Shown here piece after piece: positions 44,741-53,097 of a stretch of DNA of 54,459 nucleotides. The stretch's first letter is position 1; every line of letters begins with the position of its first letter. A model generated the notes under the pieces. The model saw only the letters and a program-made list of their open reading frames with translations, was not told the origin of the DNA and did not search any database. The DNA comes from Oscillospiraceae bacterium (lineage in GTDB: Bacteria; Bacillota; Clostridia; Oscillospirales; Ruminococcaceae), in NCBI GenBank assembly GCA_024697725.1, contig JAILFE010000199.1:1-54459 (forward strand). Reading direction: 5' to 3'. The translations under genes were made by a program, and so were the position numbers.

Positions 44741-46417
44741 ATGAAAAAACAGACTTTTCTCGGCGGGACAGCTGTGCTTGCCGCTTCTGCAATGATCGTA
44801 AAGATCATCGGTGCACTTTTCAGGATACCGCTGACCTCGCTTCTCGGCGGAACTGGAATGGGCTATTATTCATGCGCAGCGGGCATATTCCTGCCCGTAT
44901 ATGCTGTGACTGCGACAGGGCTCCCATCCGCTGCGGCAAGACTTGTATCGGAGGATATCGCACTGAACAACGGCGTTTCCTTCAGAAAGATAAAGCGCAC
45001 CGCACTTCTTTTATTCGGCAGTGCAGGCATAGCGGGCACAATGCTGATACTTGCGGCAGCATATCCTTTTTGCAGATTTGCTGTCAGGAATATCCCGGCA
45101 CTGCCGTCCGTAGTCCTGATAGCGCCGTCTGTTGCGGCAGGGTGCTTTTCCGCAGTGCTGCGCGGATGTTTTGAGGGAAAAGGAGATATGCGCCCGACAG
45201 CGCTCTCACAGGTCGCAGAGGCGATAAGCAAGCTTGCTTTCGGACTGTCAGGAGCATATTTTGTGATGTATACGGCAGACAGATCGCCGGATAGATTCCT
45301 GAAACTCATCCGCTATAGAGGAGATATGCCCGACAGGGAAACGATCGCCGGGCTTGCTGCCTGTACCGCATCGGCTGCCGCCTGTACGGCAGTGACCGTC
45401 TCATGTTTTGCCGGGCTTGGTGTTATGGCTGTATGTGATATCCTGAGCGGAAAAAGGCAGGTGTCCATGAGCTTGGAAAAGCACGGGGATATCATGGATA
45501 CCAGAAGCATAATATCCGGACTTGCCTCTGTCGCGCTCCCCGCCGCGCTGTGTGCTCTCTTGACAGATCTTACCTCGGTGATAGATATGCTCACTATAAT
45601 GAATTCGCTTGAAAGAGCAGTACGTAAAGCACCGGATCTCTATGCAGGCTGCGGCTGCAGAGCGGAGGAGATACCGAATTTCATGTACGGATGTTTTTCT
45701 GGAATGGCAGTTACGGTATTCAATCTTGTACCGTCGGTGACTAATATGCTCGGACGGAGCATAATGCCGTCTGCTGCCGCTGCCTGCGGCGACCGCAGAA
45801 GACTTGCAGGTTGTGTGAAGGATGTCGTATTTATCTCCGTATTGGCTGCGATGCCGTGCGGATTCGGGATAATGGCACTTTCGGAGCCTATACTCACGCT
45901 TCTGTTCCCCGACAGTCCGTCGGCTGTATCCGCAGCCGCTGCGCCGCTCGCCGTGATGAGCGTCGGGATGATACTGCTTTGCGTATCGGCTCCGCTGTTT
46001 TCCGTTTTTCAGGCGGCGGGAAGGTCGGATATACCTGTAAAACTCATGGCTGCGGGCGCTGCTGCAAAGGCGGCAGGGAACATACTGCTCGTTCCTGTGC
46101 CGCAGCTCGGGCTGACGGGAGCCGCGATATCAACGGATATAAGTTATGCATTGATATGTGTGCTTGCTTTTTCAAAGCTCGGGACAGTATCTGATACGAA
46201 TATCCGTCAGGTGCTCCGAATGACCTGTCCTATCCTGCTATGCGGGATGATATGCGGCGTGGCTGCGCGCACTGCGTATATTTTTTCGGGTAGTATGAAC
46301 GGATTTGTATCAACAGTATTTTCTATTCTTTTCGGGGCTATTTTTTACATAATAAGCACATATTTTTTTGTACCGGCGGGCAAATCTACGTTTAAAATGA
46401 CGATTTCACAAAAATAA
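44741..46417 (+). CDS. MOP-superfamily flippase (SpoVB / MurJ / polysaccharide biosynthesis protein family, YabM-like)
   Basis: About 14 TM segments. The N-terminus KQTFLGGTAVLAASAMIVKIIGALFRIPLTSLLGGTGMGYY is typical of the family. ATG 44741 lies 8 nt after AAAAGGA; the track ORF from 44651 is over-extended. Confidence 0.8.
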   Translation: MKKQTFLGGTAVLAASAMIVKIIGALFRIPLTSLLGGTGMGYYSCAAGIFLPVYAVTATGLPSAAARLVSEDIALNNGVSFRKIKRTALLLFGSAGIAGTMLILAAAYPFCRFAVRNIPALPSVVLIAPSVAAGCFSAVLRGCFEGKGDMRPTALSQVAEAISKLAFGLSGAYFVMYTADRSPDRFLKLIRYRGDMPDRETIAGLAACTASAAACTAVTVSCFAGLGVMAVCDILSGKRQVSMSLEKHGDIMDTRSIISGLASVALPAALCALLTDLTSVIDMLTIMNSLERAVRKAPDLYAGCGCRAEEIPNFMYGCFSGMAVTVFNLVPSVTNMLGRSIMPSAAAACGDRRRLAGCVKDVVFISVLAAMPCGFGIMALSEPILTLLFPDSPSAVSAAAAPLAVMSVGMILLCVSAPLFSVFQAAGRSDIPVKLMAAGAAAKAAGNILLVPVPQLGLTGAAISTDISYALICVLAFSKLGTVSDTNIRQVLRMTCPILLCGMICGVAARTAYIFSGSMNGFVSTVFSILFGAIFYIISTYFFVPAGKSTFKMTISQK

Positions 46418-46428
46418 TTCAAAAACAC

Positions 46429-46457
46429 TTGAAATTTGGATTAATATAGGTTAATAT
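46429..46457 (+). promoter_or_regulatory. sigma-A type promoter (TTGAAA-17-TAATAT) for mazG
   Basis: TTGAAA at 46429-46434, a 17-nt spacer, and TAATAT at 46452-46457. It overlaps a tandem 10-mer, TTAATATAGG/TTAATATAGT (46441-46460). Confidence 0.4.
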
Positions 46458-46501
46458 AGTAAATGTAGCGTACATAAAGGGGTTCCGCGGATCGCATTAT
46501 T

Positions 46502-47269
46502 GTGTGGAAAGAGGCGCTTGGTTTGGATTTTGAATTCAAAGATCGCTATGATATTGACGACCTGTGTGAGATAATGAAAATACTCCGTTCCGATAACGGC
46601 TGCCCGTGGGATAGGGTGCAGACACACAGCTCTATCAGGAAGGACTTTATCGAGGAATGCTATGAGGCTGTCGAAGCGATAGATGCCGATGATCCTGCTA
46701 TGATGAGGGAGGAGCTCGGCGATGTGCTGCTGCAGGTGGTCTTTCATTGCCGTATCGAGGAGGAAATGAACAATTTCACCTTCGGCGATGCTGTGAATGA
46801 CGTCTGTGAAAAGCTTATAGTCCGTCATCCTCATGTGTTCGGGACGACAAAGGTCGGTTCGACCGATGAAGTGCTCAAAAACTGGGAGTCTGTAAAGCAG
46901 CAGACCAAGGGACAGACAAAGAAATCGGAGAGTCTCGAAAGCGTGTGCGGTGCTCTGCCGGCTCTGATGAGAGCCCAGAAGCTGTGTTCACGGGCAAAGC
47001 GTGCCGGAGCAGTGCCTGCCGGTAATGATGAGCTTATCAGAAAAATATCAGTACAGGCAGAAGCACTGAAAGAATCGGTCTCGGGCGAAAGTATCGGAAG
47101 ACTGATATTTCTAATTTCGGAGCTCGCATGGAACATGGATATAGATGCGGAAGAGTGTCTTACACGTTCCTCGGACAGATTCGTGGACAGCTTTAAAGGC
47201 GCAGAGGAAAAACTGGAAGGTGAGGGGAAGAATATTGATTCCCTTGCTATATATGATCTTGATGCATAA
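46502..47269 (+). CDS. mazG: nucleoside triphosphate pyrophosphohydrolase MazG
   Basis: LCEIMKILRSDNGCPWDRVQTHSSIRKDFIEECYEAVEAID...ELGDVLLQVVFH is the MazG signature. The start is GTG. Confidence 0.88.
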   Translation: MWKEALGLDFEFKDRYDIDDLCEIMKILRSDNGCPWDRVQTHSSIRKDFIEECYEAVEAIDADDPAMMREELGDVLLQVVFHCRIEEEMNNFTFGDAVNDVCEKLIVRHPHVFGTTKVGSTDEVLKNWESVKQQTKGQTKKSESLESVCGALPALMRAQKLCSRAKRAGAVPAGNDELIRKISVQAEALKESVSGESIGRLIFLISELAWNMDIDAEECLTRSSDRFVDSFKGAEEKLEGEGKNIDSLAIYDLDA

Positions 47270-47317
47270 ACGTCGGGATCGGCGGTATACCGCAAAAAAT
47301 TTCTGGAGGTAAAAAAT

Positions 47318-47596
47318 ATGACAAAGGCAGAACTTATTGAATCTATCGCAAAAAAGGGCGATTTTAAGAAGAAGGATGCAGAAAAGGCTCTTTCCGCTTT
47401 TACAGACAGCGTAACAGAAGCACTCAAGAACGGCGATAAGGTACAGATCGTTGGCTTCGGTACATTTGAGGTCCGCGAAAGAAAGGCAAGAGATCTTATC
47501 AATCCCAGAACAAAGGAAAAGATCCATCAGGATGCAAAGAAAGCACCCGCTTTCAAGGCAGGCAAGAATCTCAAGAGCGCTGTTGAAGAGAACTGA
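47318..47596 (+). CDS. hup: DNA-binding protein HU
   Basis: MTKAELIESIAKK...VQIVGFGTFEVRERKAR...NPRTKEKI...PAFKAGK matches HU. Confidence 0.95.
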   Translation: MTKAELIESIAKKGDFKKKDAEKALSAFTDSVTEALKNGDKVQIVGFGTFEVRERKARDLINPRTKEKIHQDAKKAPAFKAGKNLKSAVEEN

Positions 47597-47648
47597 CGGC
47601 ACTTTTTCCGACAAGCCGGATCGCAGTAATTTAATTGCGAAGATCTCG

Positions 47649-47680
47649 GGGGCTCGCCGCTGCAAGCCCCTGTTTGTATT
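47649..47680 (+). terminator. putative terminator after hup
   Basis: GGGGCT (47649-47654) pairs with AGCCCC (47665-47670), followed by TGTTTGTATT. Confidence 0.45.
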
Positions 47681-47723
47681 GAAATAACAGTTCCGCTGCA
47701 AGATCGCTGCCGCGGAGCAATGC

Positions 47724-47763
47724 GGAGCAGACAGCGTCCCGGACGTGTCTGCTCTTTGATTTT
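47724..47763 (+). terminator. second terminator-like hairpin immediately before the rqcP RBS
   Basis: GAGCAGACA (47725-47733) pairs with TGTCTGCTC (47746-47754), followed by TTTGATTTT. The AAGGAGG RBS then follows directly. Confidence 0.45.
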
Positions 47764-47777
47764 AAGGAGGTTATCTT

Positions 47778-48020
47778 ATGCGACTTGACAAATATCTTAA
47801 AGTCTCAAGACTTATAAAGAGACGCACAGTTGCCAATGAAGCGTGCGACGCCGATAAGGTGTCGGTGAACGGAAAGCCCGCAAGAGCATCATATGATGTT
47901 AAGGTAGGGGATATCATCGAGATAAATATGGGAGCAAAGCCTGTAAAGGTAAAAGTGCTCGCAGTGAATGAATATGCTGCCAAGGATAACGCAGCAGATA
48001 ATTATGAAGTCATAGTATAA
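47778..48020 (+). CDS. rqcP: S4-domain RNA-binding protein RqcP (YabO / Hsp15 family)
   Basis: 80 aa. MRLDKYLKVSRLIKRRTVANEACDADKVSVNGKPARASYDVKVGDIIEI matches the S4/Hsp15-like family. RBS AAGGAGG is present. Confidence 0.85.
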   Translation: MRLDKYLKVSRLIKRRTVANEACDADKVSVNGKPARASYDVKVGDIIEINMGAKPVKVKVLAVNEYAAKDNAADNYEVIV

Positions 48021-48174
48021 TAACAATTCGGCAATGTTCATAAATTTATAACTTTTTACATTATTTAGCACTTGTTTTTGGTGTGTTTGAAGGCGTTTAT
48101 CGTCATGATGCACAAGCCGACAAATGCTATTATGTATAAACTGACTATTTTTATATAATTTTCGATAAAACCCA

Positions 48175-48203
48175 TTGACATCTGCGAAAAAGCGTTGTAT
48201 ATT
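48175..48203 (+). promoter_or_regulatory. sigma-A type promoter (TTGACA-17-TATATT) for the LacI regulator/ABC operon
   Basis: TTGACA at 48175-48180, a 17-nt spacer, and TATATT at 48198-48203. Confidence 0.5.
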
Positions 48204-48218
48204 ATAATCACAGAACAT

Positions 48219-48232
48219 CGAAAACGTTTAAT
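48219..48232 (+). promoter_or_regulatory. candidate LacI-family operator (CG-centred, cre-like half match)
   Basis: CGAAAACGTTTAAT has the core palindrome AAACGTTT (48222-48229) and lies about 15 nt downstream of the -10. It matches 7 of the 10 fixed positions of TGNAANCGNTTNCA. Confidence 0.35.
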
Positions 48233-48332
48233 AAGCCTTCGAGAGTGTAGCGGTTGGTCTTAGGCATGATGTATATCAATGCAGTCAGGCACGGCACTTA
48301 TGGGCGGGAAATATGACGCGGAGGCAATAAAA

Positions 48333-49355
48333 ATGGTCTCAATCAAAGATATCGCTGCCGCCTGCGGTGTGTCGATCGCTACTGTCAGCAAAGCGCTGAA
48401 TAATCATCGTGATGTCAGTGAGACGACAGGAGAGCTCGTCAGAAAAAAAGCAAAGGAAATGGGATATCTTCCCAATTCGCAGGCACGGGCTCTGAAAACA
48501 AATCGTACTTATAATCTCGGTGTGCTGTTTGCCGAAAGATCAGACAGCGGACTGAATCAGAGCTACTTCGCCTCGATGCTCGATGCATTCAAGAAAGAAG
48601 CGGAGCACAACGGATATGATATCACGTTTATAAGCGGCAATATCGGTGCTGCAAAGATGACCTACTATGAACATTGTATGTACAGGAATGTTGACGGTGT
48701 TATGGTAGCGTGCGTCGATGACTATTACGACGAAGGGATCACTGAGCTTATAGAAAGCAATGTGCCCGTAGTTGCGATAGATTATGTCCCGAAGAAAAAG
48801 CTGTCGGTCGTTTCCGATAATGTATCGGGGATGGCAGAGCTTACCAATTACATAATCGATATGGGACATACAAGAATAGCATATATTTACGGCGATGATT
48901 CCGAGGTAACGTCTATCAGAGTGAAAAGCTTTACCGATACGATGAAACGCCGGAATATAGAGGTCAGAGAAGGTTTTTTGGTTCAGGGACGGTATCATGA
49001 TCCTGTAAGAACGGAGCTTCTTGTAAAAGATCTTCTGTCAGGCGCGAAAGATGACAGACCGACCTGCATTATCCTCCCGGATGATTATACTGCATTGGGA
49101 GCGTATAACGCGATCGAGGAGCTTGGAATGTCGGTTCCGGATGATATTTCAATTGCCGGTTATGACGGGATCACGCTCTCACAGATCCTGAAGCCGATGC
49201 TCACGACTTTGCGGCAGGATGCGCAAAGGATCGGGGTTGAAGCTGCCAGAAGACTGATATCTCTGATAAAAAAAGAGATCTCCTGCGATGACGCACCAGT
49301 CGTTGTCAAGGGTGAACTCATCAAGGGCGCATCGGTGACGTTGATTAACCGATGA
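48333..49355 (+). CDS. LacI family transcriptional regulator
   Basis: MVSIKDIAAACGVSIATVSKALNNHRDVSETTGELVRKKAKEMGYLPNSQARAL (HTH_LacI) plus a periplasmic-binding-like core. ATG 48333 lies 9 nt after GGAGG; the track ORF is over-extended. Confidence 0.9.
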   Translation: MVSIKDIAAACGVSIATVSKALNNHRDVSETTGELVRKKAKEMGYLPNSQARALKTNRTYNLGVLFAERSDSGLNQSYFASMLDAFKKEAEHNGYDITFISGNIGAAKMTYYEHCMYRNVDGVMVACVDDYYDEGITELIESNVPVVAIDYVPKKKLSVVSDNVSGMAELTNYIIDMGHTRIAYIYGDDSEVTSIRVKSFTDTMKRRNIEVREGFLVQGRYHDPVRTELLVKDLLSGAKDDRPTCIILPDDYTALGAYNAIEELGMSVPDDISIAGYDGITLSQILKPMLTTLRQDAQRIGVEAARRLISLIKKEISCDDAPVVVKGELIKGASVTLINR

Positions 49356-49412
49356 GAACGCAGGCTATTATATTCATAAGGGAATATAATATAATTTAAG
49401 GAGGAAAAACCA

Positions 49413-50888
49413 ATGAGAAATTTAAAGAAGAGACTTGCACTCGTATCTGCACTTGCACTTTCCGGTGCTATGCTTGCTGGCTGCGGTGAAGCTGCGGCTC
49501 CCGCAACTACAACAGCTGCAAAGGCTGAAGAGACAACAGCAGCAGCTAAGGCTGACGAAACAACTGCAGCAGCTGCCGATAATGGCGCGGCTGAAACTGA
49601 AGCAGCAGCACCTGCGGCTTCCGCTGATGAGGGCAAGGTTCTTAATATCCAGGTTTGGAACGATGAATTTATAAACAGAGTAACTTCTCATTATCCCGGA
49701 TATGAGAAGGTTGACGATACTCACGGTAAGATCGGCGACGTTGAAGTAGTATGGACGATCACTCCTTCCAATGACAACGCTTATCAGAACAACCTCGACT
49801 CTGTTCTTCCTTCAAATGCTGATGCAGCAGCTGACAGCAAGGTAGATATCTTCCTCGTAGAGGCTGACTACGCTCTCAAGTATGTTGACGCTGATGCAAA
49901 CGTAGCAATGAAGCTTTCCGATCTCGGTATCACAGATGCTGACCTCGGCGATCAGTATCAGTACACAAAGGACGTTGTTACAGATGCTAACGGCGATCTC
50001 CGTGGTGCTTCATGGCAGGCTTGCTCCGCAGGTCTTATCTACAACAGAGATATCGCTAAGGAAGTTATCGGTTCCGATGATCCCGCTGAGGTTCAGAAGG
50101 CAGTTGCTGACTGGGCAACATATAACGATACAGCTAAGAAGGTCGCTGACGCAGGCTATCTCATGACAGCAGGCTATGCTGATACATTCCGTGTATATTC
50201 CAACAATGTATCCGCTCCTTGGGTACAGAACGGCAAGGTAGTAGTTGACGCAAACATCAAGCAGTGGGCTGAAGATACAAAGGCACAGGTCGATGCTGGT
50301 CAGACAACAGCTTCCGCTGACCTCTGGGGCGATGAGTGGGCAAAGGGCTTCTATCCCGCAGGTGACACAAAGGGTGTATTCTGCTACTTTGGACCCGCTT
50401 GGTTCTTCAACTTCTCGATGCACGGTGATGATGCAGCATCCATCGGCGCTAAGGGCGGCTGGGGCTTCACAGTAGGACCTCAGGGTCACTTCTGGGGCGG
50501 CACATGGATCTGCGCAGCAAACGGCACAGATAACCCGACACTCGTTAAGGATATCATCCTCAAGATGACAACCGACAAGGGCATCCTCAAGGATATCGCT
50601 ACACAGGATTCCGACTGCGTAAACTCCAAGTCTGTACTTGCTGATCTTTCTTCTTCCGCTGATGGTAATCTTGCTATCCTTGGCGGACAGAATCCTTATG
50701 CAGTACTCGCAGAGGGCGCTGAAAAGGTTGATATGTCTAAGCTCTCCATTTATGACCAGGGCTGCAATGAAGAATACCAGAAGGCAATGAAGAACTACTT
50801 CTCCGGTGCTGCTGCTTCCTATGATGAGGCACTTGCACAGTTCAACACAGCTATCAAGGAGAAGTATCCCGAGCTTACAACTGACTGA
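49413..50888 (+). CDS. ABC transporter substrate-binding lipoprotein (CUT1 carbohydrate type) with an Ala/Thr/Glu-rich tether
   Basis: Lipobox LAGC follows the signal peptide MRNLKKRLALVSALALSGAM. An A/T/E linker of about 45 aa precedes a large SBP body. Confidence 0.8.
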   Translation: MRNLKKRLALVSALALSGAMLAGCGEAAAPATTTAAKAEETTAAAKADETTAAAADNGAAETEAAAPAASADEGKVLNIQVWNDEFINRVTSHYPGYEKVDDTHGKIGDVEVVWTITPSNDNAYQNNLDSVLPSNADAAADSKVDIFLVEADYALKYVDADANVAMKLSDLGITDADLGDQYQYTKDVVTDANGDLRGASWQACSAGLIYNRDIAKEVIGSDDPAEVQKAVADWATYNDTAKKVADAGYLMTAGYADTFRVYSNNVSAPWVQNGKVVVDANIKQWAEDTKAQVDAGQTTASADLWGDEWAKGFYPAGDTKGVFCYFGPAWFFNFSMHGDDAASIGAKGGWGFTVGPQGHFWGGTWICAANGTDNPTLVKDIILKMTTDKGILKDIATQDSDCVNSKSVLADLSSSADGNLAILGGQNPYAVLAEGAEKVDMSKLSIYDQGCNEEYQKAMKNYFSGAAASYDEALAQFNTAIKEKYPELTTD

Positions 50889-50927
50889 TCAAAAATCATC
50901 AGTAATCTGATCAAGATTTAGGGAAAG

Positions 50928-50962
50928 GAGCCTGTCCGGTAAGGCCGGGCGGGCTCTTTTTT
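50928..50962 (+). terminator. intra-operon terminator/attenuator after the SBP gene
   Basis: GAGCCTGTCCGG (50928-50939) pairs with CCGGGCGGGCTC (50945-50956), including two G-U pairs, followed by TTTTTT. Confidence 0.65.
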
Positions 50963-51050
50963 ACTGAATTTTACGAGAAAAAGACATATCATCAACAGAT
51001 CTGAAGTGCTAAAAAGCTGTGTCTTATGCACGGGCTTATGGAGGGAAATC

Positions 51051-52007
51051 ATGTCAAAGTCAAATCTGGTTTTAGTTCCGACCAATAAGGCAAAATCGGG
51101 ACAGATAGACAAGCTCAACCGTTGGGGGTATATTTTCCTGATCCCGTTTATGCTTGTTTTTATTGTTTTCCAGCTCATTCCGCTTGTAAATACTCTTTGG
51201 AACAGTTTATTTGAAAATTATATGTCGGGTCTAAAAAAAGTCGGACCGAATTTTATAGGACTCGGAAATTATATAAAGCTCTTCCAGGAAGGCGACCTCG
51301 CTAAGTATTTTGGAAATACTATTATAATGTGGATCCTCGGATTCATTCCGCAGATCACGATCTCGCTCCTTCTTTCGGCATGGTTCACTAATCCTATGCT
51401 CAGACTCAAATGTCAGAGATTCTTTAAAACCGTTATTTATCTCCCGAACCTCATCATGGCGTCGGCGTTCGCTATGCTGTTCTTTACGATGTTTGATACG
51501 ACAGGCCCCGTAAACGGTCTGTTTATAAAAATGGGCATATTCAAGGAACCCTATGCGTTCCTTCTCCATGTCGGTTCGACAAGAGGACTTGTTGCTTTCA
51601 TGAACTGCCTCATGTGGTTCGGAAATACGACTATCCTTCTCATGGCGGGCATGATGGGTATCCCTGTTGATCTTTTCGAGGCTGCTGATGTCGATGGTGC
51701 GACACCCGGTCAGGTATTCTGGAAGATCACGCTCCCGCTCCTTCGCCCCATTTTCATCTATGTTCTTATCACATCGCTTATCGGCGGTCTGCAGATGTTC
51801 GATGTTCCCCAGATCCTCACAAACGGCTCCGGTGACCCGATGCGTACATCAATGACACTGATAATGTTCCTCAATAAACATCTTTTCAGTAAAAACTACG
51901 GCATGGCCGGTGCGCTTTCTGTTCTTCTTCTGATCGTGACGGGTGTCCTGTCATTTATCGTATTCAGAATGACTGCACAGGATGAAGTCAAGAAAAACAG
52001 GAGGTAA
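51051..52007 (+). CDS. ABC sugar transporter permease (MalF/UgpA-like)
   Basis: Six TM segments and the EAA loop FEAADVDGATPGQVFWKITLPLLRP. ATG 51051 follows GGAGGGA; the track ORF is over-extended. Confidence 0.88.
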   Translation: MSKSNLVLVPTNKAKSGQIDKLNRWGYIFLIPFMLVFIVFQLIPLVNTLWNSLFENYMSGLKKVGPNFIGLGNYIKLFQEGDLAKYFGNTIIMWILGFIPQITISLLLSAWFTNPMLRLKCQRFFKTVIYLPNLIMASAFAMLFFTMFDTTGPVNGLFIKMGIFKEPYAFLLHVGSTRGLVAFMNCLMWFGNTTILLMAGMMGIPVDLFEAADVDGATPGQVFWKITLPLLRPIFIYVLITSLIGGLQMFDVPQILTNGSGDPMRTSMTLIMFLNKHLFSKNYGMAGALSVLLLIVTGVLSFIVFRMTAQDEVKKNRR

Positions 52008-52013
52008 TCGAAA

Positions 52014-52886
52014 ATGGCAGTAAACAACACAATGGCATCGGAAAAAAGCGCGTCAAATACTCTTCGCGTCAGAAGAACGGTAGCCTATGTAGTACTCGGT
52101 ATCATTTCGTTCTTCTGTCTCATATGGTTCTATATGCTGTTTATCAACGCGACACGTTCCAACGCAGAGCTTGGTCAGGGCTTTACTGTGATTCCCTCGA
52201 CTCATCTCGGTGAGAACCTGAAAAACCTCTTCCACGGCACTATTCCCGTTGGCAACGGTATGATAAACTCCCTTCTTATAGCAAGTCTTACAGCACTTCT
52301 CAGCACATATTTCTCAACAATGACTGCATATTCCATACAGGTATACAATTATAAAGGAAAGAATGCGATATTCACATTCATCCTTGCAATAATGATGATA
52401 CCCACACAGGTCACAGCGCTTGGTTTTATAAACCTCGTAAGAAAAATGAACCTTGAGGACAATTTCATCCCTCTTATCGTGCCCTCTATCGCTGCTCCCA
52501 TAACTTTCTTCTATCTGAAGCAGTACATGGCATCCAACCTGCCGCTGTCGCTTATCGAAGCAGCACGTATCGACGGAGAAGGTGAGCTTGGTATATTCAA
52601 CAAGATCGCGCTTCCTCTTATGAAGCCCGCTATAGCAGTTCAGGCAATATTCACATTCGTTTCAAGCTGGAACAATTACTTCACACCTTCACTTATTCTC
52701 CATGAAGACAAAAAGAAGACCCTGCCAATACTTATCGCTCAGCTCAGATCTGCAGACTGGCTGAAATTCGATATGGGTCAGGTTTACGCGATGATCGCAT
52801 TCTCGATTTTCCCCGTTATTCTTGTTTATCTCTTCCTTTCAAAGTATATCGTCGGCGGTGTTACCGCGGGCGGTGTAAAGGAATAA
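52014..52886 (+). CDS. ABC sugar transporter permease (MalG/UgpE-like)
   Basis: EAA loop IEAARIDGEGELGIFNKIALPLMKP. It starts 6 nt after the previous permease. Confidence 0.88.
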   Translation: MAVNNTMASEKSASNTLRVRRTVAYVVLGIISFFCLIWFYMLFINATRSNAELGQGFTVIPSTHLGENLKNLFHGTIPVGNGMINSLLIASLTALLSTYFSTMTAYSIQVYNYKGKNAIFTFILAIMMIPTQVTALGFINLVRKMNLEDNFIPLIVPSIAAPITFFYLKQYMASNLPLSLIEAARIDGEGELGIFNKIALPLMKPAIAVQAIFTFVSSWNNYFTPSLILHEDKKKTLPILIAQLRSADWLKFDMGQVYAMIAFSIFPVILVYLFLSKYIVGGVTAGGVKE

Positions 52887-52903
52887 TCATCACAGTTATC
52901 ACT

Positions 52904-52943
52904 ATGAACCGCTGCATAATATGCAGCGGTTCATTTTGTATTT
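52904..52943 (+). terminator. rho-independent terminator after the ABC operon
   Basis: A perfect 14-bp stem: ATGAACCGCTGCAT (52904-52917) pairs with ATGCAGCGGTTCAT (52921-52934), followed by TTTGTATTT. Confidence 0.85.
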
Positions 52944-52986
52944 ATGAGCTGTAATAATATTTTAATAATTCCCGCTTTAAATACTA

Positions 52987-53015
52987 TTGACTTTTTTCTT
53001 AAAAAATGATATCAT
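52987..53015 (+). promoter_or_regulatory. sigma-A type promoter (TTGACT-17-TATCAT) for the L,D-transpeptidase gene
   Basis: TTGACT at 52987-52992, a 17-nt spacer, and TATCAT at 53010-53015. Confidence 0.4.
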
Positions 53016-53097
53016 AACTGTATATGGGATAGAATGACCTTCCATATTTATTATCAGGATGTTCATTGATGATTTTAGATCAGGAGTGTTTGAATAA

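Noticed and set aside
49160-49724. Antisense and alternate-frame ORFs over the SBP signal/linker region (49160..49636-, 49422..49724-, 49435..49674+)
   Set aside because: They are artefacts of the GCN-rich Ala/Thr/Glu linker, which is open in several frames. The lipobox-containing plus-strand frame is the real gene.
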